A stretch of 64,000 nucleotides of DNA, taken from positions 3,124 to 67,123 of the forward strand of contig JANQGG010000064.1 of NCBI GenBank assembly GCA_028277445.1. Direction: 5' to 3'. The position numbers and the translations under genes are program-made. This stretch comes from Chloroherpetonaceae bacterium (lineage in GTDB: Bacteria > Bacteroidota > Chlorobiia > Chlorobiales > Chloroherpetonaceae). This document shows positions 48,020 to 58,056 of the stretch, one piece after another. The stretch's first letter is position 1. Each line of letters opens with the position of its first letter. The notes under the pieces were generated by a model. The model searched no databases and had not been told where the DNA came from. It saw only the letters and a program-made list of their open reading frames with translations.

Positions 48020-50269
48020 ATGGCAGACCAAGAGAAACCTACCGGAGCTCAACCGGGTGGTGGAAGCGGTGCACCGAAAAGACCTCCAATGCAAGCTGCT
48101 AAATTGCAGGCTGCACAAAAAACAGGCACACCAAAAGCTGCTGCAAAACCTGCTGCTGCAAGGCCAGCAACTGCTAAAAAAGCTCCAGCTAAAGATGTTC
48201 CGCCTACAAAGGAAGCCGATGTATCGGTGATGAAACGCTTTTTATTGAAGCGTTCCGAAACACGTACCACCAAATGGTTCCAAGTTTTTGATGCCGATAA
48301 ACTTGATGACGAACAAGTAGTGGGCGCCCATCTTGCGCTTTTAGGCACGTTGGGTATTGTAATGGGTATCTATTACATCTCGGGTATTCAAGTTTTTCCA
48401 TGGGGACAAATTGGATTCCATGATAATTGGTTCTATTTGACCATTAAGCCGAGATTGGTTTCATTAGGTATCGATACCTACAGCACGGCGGCTGAAGATT
48501 TAATGAAAGCAGGTGAAAACTTGCTTTGGTGGGCAGGAATTCACTTTTTAAGCGGATCATTCCTCATTTTTGGGGGTTGGCGTCACTGGACAAAAAACCT
48601 GACTAATCCATTTACCGGAAGAACAGGTAATTTCAGAGACTTCCGCATGTTCAAATACTTCACAAAACGAAGCGCTAAAAACTACGCTGAAGCATTAGGC
48701 GCTCATACCATTTACCAGTCTTTCCTATTCCTGGCTTGGGGATTTGTGATGTGGTTTGCTTTGGATATTGTTCCTATGCCGGATTTTCAAACCATTAATT
48801 CAGAAGCCTTTATGTCTTTTGTATGGTTTGTAATCTTTTTTGCCGTTGGTTATTACTGGTGGGAAAATCCTCCCGGAGCTGCCAGCCATTTGAATGATGA
48901 TTTAAAAGCGATTTTCTCCGTTCATCTTACAGCAATGGGTTATGTAAATATTGCGCTTGGCATTTTTGCATTCATTGCGTTCAAACAAGAGCAGTTCTTC
49001 TATCAAGACCTTAATAATTTGGTTTATTACATCTACGGTGAGCCATTTAACCGGGTAAGTTTTGATTTTGTTATGGAAGGTGGTAAGATCATATCCGGAA
49101 CAAAAGAATTTGCCGAATATGCGCCTTATGCAATCCTTCCTAAGAACGGTGAATCCTTTGGTATGGCTCAAGTTGTCATTAACCTTGTTGCATTTAACCA
49201 CATTATATGCGGTGTTTTGTATGTGTTTGCCGGTGTTTTCCATGGCGGTCAGTATTTGCTGAAAATTCAAATGTCAGGCTTATACTCTCAGATCAAATCA
49301 TTCTGGGTTGCCTATGGAAGAGATCAGGAACGCCAGGTTCGCATTTTAGGTACAATTATGGTGCTTTGTTTTACAACCATGATCTCAGTTTATGCGGTTG
49401 TGTGTTGGAACTCAATATGTGAGCTGAACATATTGGGCACAAACATTACCATGTCATTTTATTGGCTGAAACCAATTCCACCGTTTAGTTTCTTGTTTGA
49501 AGATCCTAGCGTTAATGATTGGGCAGCCGTTCATGAATTGGTTGCGGGTTCATTGTTCTCATTAATTGCGTTAGTTCGTATCGCATTCTTTGCTCATACT
49601 TCTCCGCTTTGGGAAGATTTGGGCTTGAAGAAAAATTCGTTCTCATTCCCATGTTTAGGACCGGTTTATGGCGGTACATGCGGCGTGTCTATCCAAGATC
49701 AGTTATGGTTTGCCATGCTTTGGGGCGTTAAAGGGCTCTCTGTAGTAGAATGGTATATTGATGGCGGATGGGTAGCTTCAATGAACTACGGTATGGCCGT
49801 AGCCGATTGTAACTCATGGGATGCCATTGCAGGTTTGAGCAATCACTATACTGGCGGTATCTTTTATTACATGTGGGTTGAAACCCAATCAATTTGGGCA
49901 AGCTCTCACTTAACCGTTGTACTTTTAATTGGTCACTTGGTATGGTTTGTAAGTTTTGCCGTTTGGTTTAAAGATCGTGGTTCTCGTTTGGAAGGTGCCG
50001 ATATCCAAACCCGTACTATTCGTTGGTTGGGCAAAAAATTCCTAAATCGCGATGTCCAATTCCGATTCCCGGTATTGAATCTTTCGGATTCTAAACTTGC
50101 TGGAACAGTCATGTACTTTAGCGGCACGTTTATGTTGGTTTGGCTGTATATTGTCAATGGTTTTTATATGACCAATGAACCTCGACCTGCACCAGTGGGT
50201 CAAGCAGCTCAGACGACAAGTGATTTTCTTACGAGTGTCGTGGATTATTTATTGAAATTTATAGCGTAA
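48020..50269 (+). CDS. pscA: Type-I photosynthetic reaction-centre core protein PscA (P840-type)
   Basis: Double AGGAG RBS. 749 aa. Long stretches match green-sulfur PscA as I recall it (HDNWFYLTIKPR, FGGWRHWT, FNHIICGVLYVFAGV). FX loop FPCLGPVYGGTCG at about 49646-49684. Pro/Ala/Lys-rich N-terminus. Confidence 0.95.
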   Translation: MADQEKPTGAQPGGGSGAPKRPPMQAAKLQAAQKTGTPKAAAKPAAARPATAKKAPAKDVPPTKEADVSVMKRFLLKRSETRTTKWFQVFDADKLDDEQVVGAHLALLGTLGIVMGIYYISGIQVFPWGQIGFHDNWFYLTIKPRLVSLGIDTYSTAAEDLMKAGENLLWWAGIHFLSGSFLIFGGWRHWTKNLTNPFTGRTGNFRDFRMFKYFTKRSAKNYAEALGAHTIYQSFLFLAWGFVMWFALDIVPMPDFQTINSEAFMSFVWFVIFFAVGYYWWENPPGAASHLNDDLKAIFSVHLTAMGYVNIALGIFAFIAFKQEQFFYQDLNNLVYYIYGEPFNRVSFDFVMEGGKIISGTKEFAEYAPYAILPKNGESFGMAQVVINLVAFNHIICGVLYVFAGVFHGGQYLLKIQMSGLYSQIKSFWVAYGRDQERQVRILGTIMVLCFTTMISVYAVVCWNSICELNILGTNITMSFYWLKPIPPFSFLFEDPSVNDWAAVHELVAGSLFSLIALVRIAFFAHTSPLWEDLGLKKNSFSFPCLGPVYGGTCGVSIQDQLWFAMLWGVKGLSVVEWYIDGGWVASMNYGMAVADCNSWDAIAGLSNHYTGGIFYYMWVETQSIWASSHLTVVLLIGHLVWFVSFAVWFKDRGSRLEGADIQTRTIRWLGKKFLNRDVQFRFPVLNLSDSKLAGTVMYFSGTFMLVWLYIVNGFYMTNEPRPAPVGQAAQTTSDFLTSVVDYLLKFIA

Positions 50270-50299
50270 GCCATATGGTTTATAGGCTATGTTACAGTT

Positions 50300-50328
50300 G
50301 GGGTATTCGCTCTTGAATGCCCCATTTT
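50300..50328 (+). terminator. Intercistronic hairpin with short U-tract after pscA (possible partial terminator or processing site)
   Basis: GGGGTATTC-gctctt-GAATGCCCC (one G-U pair) followed by ATTTTCA. Confidence 0.35.
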
Positions 50329-50526
50329 CAGTTGCTGTTTGTTGTTAATGTTATGTGAGTTCTTTAAAAAATTGATTATCTCGCCGTCGCCGTAGTTTGT
50401 AATAAATGGTGCCTATGCGCTGCCATGTAGAAGTATGTTTGGTATCCATGCCAAAAAGCTAAAGGAACGAAAACACAAGTTTATATATTTTACTAATAAA
50501 TAAACATAACTTTAACAGGAGGATTT

Positions 50527-50865
50527 ATGGCAGCAACAGCAACGAAGAAAAAAGTTAAGAAGCGCCAAAAAAATAGATATGATATTATAGAAAATCTATG
50601 TGTTGGTTGCGGTTTGTGCTTGGATCAATGTCCGCCAAAAGTTAATTCCATAGGTTGGAAAATTTATGGGGATTGGCAAGAAGGTGGATTCAGATGTTAT
50701 ATAGATCAGAATGTGTGTATTTCTTGTCAATTGTGTTTTGATACCGATGTTTGTCCTTCTGGCGCATTGATTGAAATTAGACCTGAAGGGCAAATTCTGG
50801 ATTTCAGACACACACCAAGCAAACGAATCGAAATGTACGATCAACCGTTTTTTGAAAGAGCCTAG
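50527..50865 (+). CDS. pscB: Reaction-centre FA/FB iron-sulfur protein PscB, short form (112 aa)
   Basis: AGGAGG RBS. CVGCGLCLDQCP and CISCQLCFDTDVCP cluster motifs. IIENLCVGCGLCLD..CPPKVN and GGFRCYIDQ resemble green-sulfur PscB. Confidence 0.9.
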   Translation: MAATATKKKVKKRQKNRYDIIENLCVGCGLCLDQCPPKVNSIGWKIYGDWQEGGFRCYIDQNVCISCQLCFDTDVCPSGALIEIRPEGQILDFRHTPSKRIEMYDQPFFERA

Positions 50866-50889
50866 CGCTTTTTAGCTTTTGATAAAAAA

Positions 50890-50921
50890 GCATTGTTGAC
50901 TATCAACAATGCTTTTTTTTT
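50890..50921 (+). terminator. Rho-independent terminator of pscAB
   Basis: GCATTGTTGA-cta-TCAACAATGC followed by nine T. Confidence 0.85.
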
Positions 50922-50947
50922 GCGATGTTTAAGTACATTTTAACACT

Positions 50948-51739
50948 ATGAGTAAACCCACAGAATTTATTTCCCAAAAGGATGGTGTTTTAACCCAAGA
51001 CAATCCAATGTTAGCTAAAGGTAAAACCTTAGTTATTATTCCTACCTTTAATGAGTCTGAAAACATTAAAGAAATCATCGTATTGGTTTTCAAGTTAAAT
51101 ATTCCGGGTTTGGACATCCTTGTTGTAGATGATAATTCCCCGGATGCAACAGCTGATGTTGTTGAATCTTTAATGAGCGATTTCTCAAATCTTTTTTTAA
51201 AAAAACGACCCGGAAAGTTGGGTTTGGGCACAGCCTACGTTGTGGGATTTAAGTATGCAATTGAAAATCAGTATGATTTTATTGTTGAAATGGATGCCGA
51301 TTTATCGCATGATCCCCAGATGCTTCCCCAATTTTTGAAAGAAATTCAAACGTCGGATTTGGTGATTGGTTCGCGCTATATAAATGAAGTTTCCAATGTG
51401 GTAAATTGGCCGCTTCGTCGATTAATGCTATCGAAAGGCGCAAGTGTATATACCCAGATAATTACTCGGATGCCCATCAAAGACCCGACATCAGGGTTTA
51501 AATGCTTTAGAAGAAAGGTGTTGGAAGCAATTAATTTAGATAATATTCATTCCGGGGGCTATTCCTTTCAGATCGAAATGAATTTTAAGGCATGGAATAA
51601 AGGATTCAAATTAAAAGAAATGCCTATTATTTTTGTCGATAGGACAGTAGGCAAATCCAAGATGTCGAAAAAAATCATTTGGGAAGCAATATGGATGGTC
51701 TGGGGACTAAAATTCAAACAACTCTTTAAGCAGCTATAA
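50948..51739 (+). CDS. GT2 polyprenol-phosphate mannosyl/glycosyltransferase (DPM1/Ppm1-like)
   Basis: IIPTFNESENI, VVDDNSPD, EMDADLSH. Confidence 0.8.
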   Translation: MSKPTEFISQKDGVLTQDNPMLAKGKTLVIIPTFNESENIKEIIVLVFKLNIPGLDILVVDDNSPDATADVVESLMSDFSNLFLKKRPGKLGLGTAYVVGFKYAIENQYDFIVEMDADLSHDPQMLPQFLKEIQTSDLVIGSRYINEVSNVVNWPLRRLMLSKGASVYTQIITRMPIKDPTSGFKCFRRKVLEAINLDNIHSGGYSFQIEMNFKAWNKGFKLKEMPIIFVDRTVGKSKMSKKIIWEAIWMVWGLKFKQLFKQL

Positions 51740-51821
51740 TCGTTAATATCAATTCGGATTTATAGGGCAGTATCATATAATTTGAATAATTCTCATCATT
51801 TTTTATCCACTTTATAGTAGT

Positions 51822-52463
51822 ATGACAAACAGTAAAACCATAATGACGTCGGAAAAACAAAAATTAATGACCCCTTCAGACGTTATAGAAGAGTTAAAAC
51901 AAGGGAATCAGCGATATGTGCAAAACACGTGCTTAAATCGTGATTTTCCAACTGACATTAAACAAACTTCAAACGAACAGTATCCGAAAGCCGTAATCCT
52001 TTCATGTATAGACAGCCGTGTTCCGGTAGAATACATTTTTGATCAGGGCATTGGCGATGTGTTCGTTTCACGAGTTGCTGGAAATGTATCCAATAGTGAT
52101 ATTCTCGGAAGCATGGAGTATGCGTGCAAATTTGCCGGGGCAAAGCTGATTGTGGTATTGGGACACGAAAATTGTGGGGCAGTAAAAGCCGCAATTGATA
52201 AAGTTGATGTGGGCAATATTACCGGCATGCTACATAAGATTCAACCTGCGATTCAGAAATCTAAAAGTTATGACGGTGATCAAACCACCCAAAATCATGA
52301 CTATGTGGGTTATGTGACTGAACAAAATGTGAGGTATACCATTGATGAAATCCGGTCAAATAGCCAGATCATTAATGAATTGGAATCCAATGGAGAAATC
52401 ATGATTGTCGGAGCCATATACAGTTTAAGTACGGGTCGGGTATCGTTTTTCGACAAACGATAA
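51822..52463 (+). CDS. Beta-class carbonic anhydrase
   Basis: LSCIDSRV and GHENCGAV zinc-ligand motifs. Confidence 0.85.
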   Translation: MTNSKTIMTSEKQKLMTPSDVIEELKQGNQRYVQNTCLNRDFPTDIKQTSNEQYPKAVILSCIDSRVPVEYIFDQGIGDVFVSRVAGNVSNSDILGSMEYACKFAGAKLIVVLGHENCGAVKAAIDKVDVGNITGMLHKIQPAIQKSKSYDGDQTTQNHDYVGYVTEQNVRYTIDEIRSNSQIINELESNGEIMIVGAIYSLSTGRVSFFDKR

Positions 52464-52500
52464 AAAAAGTAAAAAAAATCCGCATGGGTTGCATGCGGAT
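52462..52500 (-). terminator. Rho-independent terminator of the EF-G-like gene
   Basis: ATCCGCATG/CATGCGGAT stem. The minus strand follows with TTTTTTTTACTTTTTTT. Confidence 0.75.
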
Positions 52501-52524
52501 TTGGAACATGAATTATAACGGCAA

Positions 52525-54615
52525 TTAGGCGCTTTCTACTTTAGCTTCTTTTGCTTCTTCGACAATTTTTTCTCGTAATTCAAAAGGCACTTCTTCATAA
52601 TGGCTGAATTTGTATGAATACCTTGCTCTTCCCTGAGTTAAACGGTTAAAGGCATTGTACAAATTGTGAAGTTCGGAAAGCGGCAATAAGCAATTCAAAA
52701 CCTGGAAGCGTTTTTCAGTATCCATGCCTTGAATTTTTCCTCGCCTGCTGGAGATTTCTCCAACAATGGCGCCAGTGTGTTGATCGGGTGTTAAGATTCT
52801 CAGCGTATAAATTGGTTCAAGCAATGTCGGGTTGGCTTTTTCAAAAGCAGACTTAAATCCCATACTGGCAGCAATTTTGAAAGCATATTCGGAACTATCC
52901 ACAGGATGATGTGAACCGTCGTAGACAACCGCTTTAACGTCAACAACAGGGTAACCGGCTAATACACCTTTTTCGATGGTTTCTTCTACCCCTTTTTGAA
53001 CCGCAGGAATGTATCGGGTTGGCACAACACCGCCAACAACTTCACTATCAAAATCGATACCTTCTCCGCGATCTCTTGGCTCAATGCGCATCCATACATC
53101 GCCATACTGACCGCGACCGCCGGATTGTCGTTTAAACTTACCCTGTGCCTGTGCTGTTTTATGAATGGTTTCTCGATATGGAATTTTAATTGGCGCTACT
53201 TCCACTTCAACGCTAAACTTTTCTTTTAGACGGCGTATAACGGTTTCTATGTGAGTTTCACCTAAGCCGCTAAGTACGATCTGATTAAATTCACTTTCGT
53301 GTTTTATTGCAAAACTGGGATCTTCTTCGTGAAGGTGATAAAGCCCGGATGATATTTTTTCTTCATCTCCCTGGGCAAGAGGTTTGATTGCAATTTCAAT
53401 GACAGGCTCAGGAAATTCTATCGGATTAATGATATGTTTAACCCCTTTATCAGCTAATGTATCGTTGGTATGGCTGTCTTTTAATTTTACAACAACGCCG
53501 ATATCGCCACCCAAAAGTTTTTCTACAGGGATTTTTTCATGACCAAGCATGGTGTAGACTTGCCCCAGTTTTTCAAGCTGCCCGGTTTGGGCATCCACCA
53601 ACTCATGACCCGATTCCACATGACCCGAATACACCCTGAAATAAGAAATTTCACCAATATGCGGCTCTGAAACTGTTTTGAAAATAAATGCGACGGTTGC
53701 TGATTCAGGATCAGGTTCCACCAAGACATCCTTTTTAGAGGAAGCATCTAATGCATGCTCAGGGCCACGTTCTATCGGATTCGGAAAAATATTCACAAAC
53801 ACATTTAAAAGCCGCTCAACGCCAATTAGATGAAGTGGCGACGTGCAGAAAACCGGAAATAGCGTTCGAGAAACCAAAGCATGTTTAATTCCAGAGCGCA
53901 GATCATCTTCAGATAGCGTACCGTCTTCAAAGTACTTATTCATAAGCTCTTCATCTGTTTCAGCAACGCTTTCAATAAGTTCATGATGATACGCTTTGGC
54001 ACGCTCAAGATACTTTTCAGGTATTTCGGAAACCTTCATGGATCCAGCCTTATCCGGTGAAAACTCAAATTGTTTCATCAGAAGAACATCAATAAAGATG
54101 TGGTGTCCCAAACCTTCTTCAGTTGGAAATTGGATTGGAATGACTCCCAATCCAAAGTGTTCTTTAAGTTCGTTTAAGGTCTTTTCATAGCTTGCGCGCT
54201 CAGCATCAAGTTTTGTAATGACAAATCCCGTGGGTTTATACATGGATTGCGTGTATTCCCAAATCAGGTCTGTTCCAACTTCCACACCCAATGCAGCATT
54301 GATGGTCATTAATACGGTATCGGATACACGAATTGCAGACTTCACATCGCCATAAAAATCATTGAATCCCGGAGTATCAATAATGTTGATTTTATGATCT
54401 CGCCATGTTCCATGTATTAATGATGAATTAACGCTATGTTTTTTTGCAATTTCATCAGGAGCATGATCGGAAATCGTTGTGCCTTCTTCAATGCTGCCCA
54501 TTCGATTGGTTGCGCCCATGGTGTAAGCAAGCGCTTCGGCAAGCATAGTTTTACCCGATCCGGCATGTCCTGTAATTGCAATGTTGCGAATATGAGATGG
54601 ATGAAAAGTTGTCAT
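52525..54615 (-). CDS. Elongation factor G paralog (EF-G2-like translational GTPase)
   Basis: IRNIAITGHAGSGKTM G1 motif, DTPGFNDF G3 motif, full five-domain length. Stand-alone, not in a str operon. Confidence 0.85.
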   Translation of the reverse strand: MTTFHPSHIRNIAITGHAGSGKTMLAEALAYTMGATNRMGSIEEGTTISDHAPDEIAKKHSVNSSLIHGTWRDHKINIIDTPGFNDFYGDVKSAIRVSDTVLMTINAALGVEVGTDLIWEYTQSMYKPTGFVITKLDAERASYEKTLNELKEHFGLGVIPIQFPTEEGLGHHIFIDVLLMKQFEFSPDKAGSMKVSEIPEKYLERAKAYHHELIESVAETDEELMNKYFEDGTLSEDDLRSGIKHALVSRTLFPVFCTSPLHLIGVERLLNVFVNIFPNPIERGPEHALDASSKKDVLVEPDPESATVAFIFKTVSEPHIGEISYFRVYSGHVESGHELVDAQTGQLEKLGQVYTMLGHEKIPVEKLLGGDIGVVVKLKDSHTNDTLADKGVKHIINPIEFPEPVIEIAIKPLAQGDEEKISSGLYHLHEEDPSFAIKHESEFNQIVLSGLGETHIETVIRRLKEKFSVEVEVAPIKIPYRETIHKTAQAQGKFKRQSGGRGQYGDVWMRIEPRDRGEGIDFDSEVVGGVVPTRYIPAVQKGVEETIEKGVLAGYPVVDVKAVVYDGSHHPVDSSEYAFKIAASMGFKSAFEKANPTLLEPIYTLRILTPDQHTGAIVGEISSRRGKIQGMDTEKRFQVLNCLLPLSELHNLYNAFNRLTQGRARYSYKFSHYEEVPFELREKIVEEAKEAKVESA

Positions 54616-54764
54616 AACTGATCCTCAGTTTTTTTTGAGAAATTCATAATATGTTTTCACAGAAAACAAGGTATTTTTTAAGGTAATTAAAAAAAAATTA
54701 GCGCATAAATATTTTGTATCGATTCCCAACGGAGAATCGTTTTTTATCAGAAAAATTGGTAGAG

Positions 54765-55637
54765 ATGACCATCATTTCAGCAAGCCGTAGAACCGATATT
54801 CCGGCGTTTTATATGCCGTGGTTTATGAAGCGATTAAAAGCAGGTTTTGCCGAGTACCCGAATCCATTTAATCAAAACATTGCGCGCGTTTCTTTAAAAC
54901 CCAAAGATGTTCATAGCATTATATTTTGGTCTAAAAACTACCAACATTTTGTGCATTGCATGGATGAGCTTCATGATATGGGGTATAGCTATTGCTTGCA
55001 TTACACCATAACTGGCGCTCAGGCTTTTTATGAGCCAAATGTCCCTTCCTTAACTGAATCGTTTGGAATTGTTGAGCAATTAGCCAAAAAACTTTCCCCT
55101 GAACAACTATTTTGGCGATTTGATCCGATCGTGCTGACCGATCAAACCCCGAAAGGCCTCTATCTTAAACAATTTCAGTTTATAGCGTCAACATTGCATG
55201 AACAGACCCGGCAGTGTTTCATTAGTTTTGTTCAACGGTATAAAAAAGTAAATCGTCGATTTAAGCATCACTCTATTGAGCTTCATAACAACACCATTCA
55301 AGAAATGCGAGATTTAGTAAAGTTATTCAGCGAGATCGCAGCCGATTATGGCATTGAACTAAAGGTGTGTTCACAAGATGGGTTGATTGAAGAAAACACT
55401 ATGAAAGCAGCGTGCATAGATGGCGAGTATTTAAAAAGACTTTTTCCTGAAAAACAACTGGTTGTGAAAAAATCACCTTCGCGAAAAGGATGCGGTTGCA
55501 GTGCAAGTAAGGATATTGGAATGTACAACAGTTGCCGGCATGGCTGTGTGTATTGTTACGCAAATCAGGATATGATAAAACCCTTAAATAATGAGGTTTA
55601 TCATAATCCTGAAGCCACAACCCTACTCAGTTATTAA
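54765..55637 (+). CDS. DUF1848 family protein with C-terminal Cys cluster
   Basis: MTIISASRRTDIPAFYMPWF N-terminus; C-terminal GCGCSASKDIGMYNSCRHGCVYCYAN. The track ORF begins at a TTG (54714); the ATG at 54765 is preferred. Confidence 0.65.
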   Translation: MTIISASRRTDIPAFYMPWFMKRLKAGFAEYPNPFNQNIARVSLKPKDVHSIIFWSKNYQHFVHCMDELHDMGYSYCLHYTITGAQAFYEPNVPSLTESFGIVEQLAKKLSPEQLFWRFDPIVLTDQTPKGLYLKQFQFIASTLHEQTRQCFISFVQRYKKVNRRFKHHSIELHNNTIQEMRDLVKLFSEIAADYGIELKVCSQDGLIEENTMKAACIDGEYLKRLFPEKQLVVKKSPSRKGCGCSASKDIGMYNSCRHGCVYCYANQDMIKPLNNEVYHNPEATTLLSY

Positions 55638-56461
55638 TTGTACATCGCGTTAGAAAACTGCGATGAGGATAAGAAATTTTTAAGCGGTGTTGAAAGGTAG
55701 CTGTGATCAATCACGCACGATTCATACCCAAGCTCCGATAAAATAAGCCTGCGTTCTTTTTGAATCGCTTGCCATAAGCGCATATCGTTATCACTATCAA
55801 GCAAGAATTGTACAAACACGTCATTGATTACATTTAATGCATTTTCAAACTCGCCAAGTTTTCTCAAAAGCCGAACCTTAAACAGAATCAGTTCAACAAC
55901 ATGTGCTGATGTGGGAAAAAGGTCCATAAAAAACTTTGCCGAATCAAATGCATCATCAAGATCTGAAAGCGCATGGATATACTTTTCCTGTTTTTCATAA
56001 ATTACCGCTCTGGAGAGCTTGGCTTGGTACATGACAATGGTTTCATGGTTATTTTCATCCTGTCCGTATTCAATAGCAGAGTTAAAGTCGTTTAAAGCCT
56101 CTTTTTCCAATTCAATTTCGGAGTGAATTAAACCACGCTTGAAATAGCCAATCGAATCATCCGGATTTTGTTCGATGTACATGGAATAATCATCCAAAGC
56201 AGCCTTGAGCTGTCCGAGTTTGTAGTAAGAATCACCACGGTTCAACCGAATAAGCGATTCGGCTTCGAGTTTAAGTATGGCCGTGTAATCTTCAATTGCA
56301 TTTCTATAAAAATCCAAGCTTACAAATATCTTCGCTCGTTGTTCAAGCGCATCAATATTATTTGGGTTCGCTTTTAGTATTTCATTTGAAAGATTAAGAG
56401 CCAATTCATTCATGCCATTTTTATACAACCATTGAGCTTTTTCAAGGAGTTTGCTAGCCAT
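55634..56461 (-). CDS. TPR-repeat protein
   Basis: Repeated A..Y/F..A...P helical repeat pattern. Confidence 0.6.
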   Translation of the reverse strand: MASKLLEKAQWLYKNGMNELALNLSNEILKANPNNIDALEQRAKIFVSLDFYRNAIEDYTAILKLEAESLIRLNRGDSYYKLGQLKAALDDYSMYIEQNPDDSIGYFKRGLIHSEIELEKEALNDFNSAIEYGQDENNHETIVMYQAKLSRAVIYEKQEKYIHALSDLDDAFDSAKFFMDLFPTSAHVVELILFKVRLLRKLGEFENALNVINDVFVQFLLDSDNDMRLWQAIQKERRLILSELGYESCVIDHSYLSTPLKNFLSSSQFSNAMYN

Positions 56462-56639
56462 ATAGAAACATATCCAAGTTTATTATTTCTTAATCAAATA
56501 AATCATAAGATATATGAATTATCAGTTTTTTTGTAAAATTTTTAAAAAATTGTTTGGGAGTTTAAGCAATTTTTACATTTATCAAAAAAAGATTTTAATC
56601 ATAACCCCTTGCTTTTTTATATTCCAGCGACAAAATTAA

Positions 56640-58001
<1,362 letters not shown>

Positions 58002-58021
58002 CTAAGCCAGTGATCAAATAA

Positions 58022-58056
58022 ACACAAAGCGGTCAAATGCCCGTTTTGTGTTTTTA
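58022..58056 (+). terminator. Rho-independent terminator after eno, overlapping the purD stop
   Basis: ACACAAAGCGG...CCCGTTTTGTGT followed by TTTTT. Confidence 0.6.

Noticed and set aside
48049-48401. Antisense ORFs (99 and 65 aa) across the GC-richer Pro/Ala/Lys-coding 5' end of pscA.
   Set aside because: The low-complexity GC-rich sequence keeps the antisense frames open by chance.
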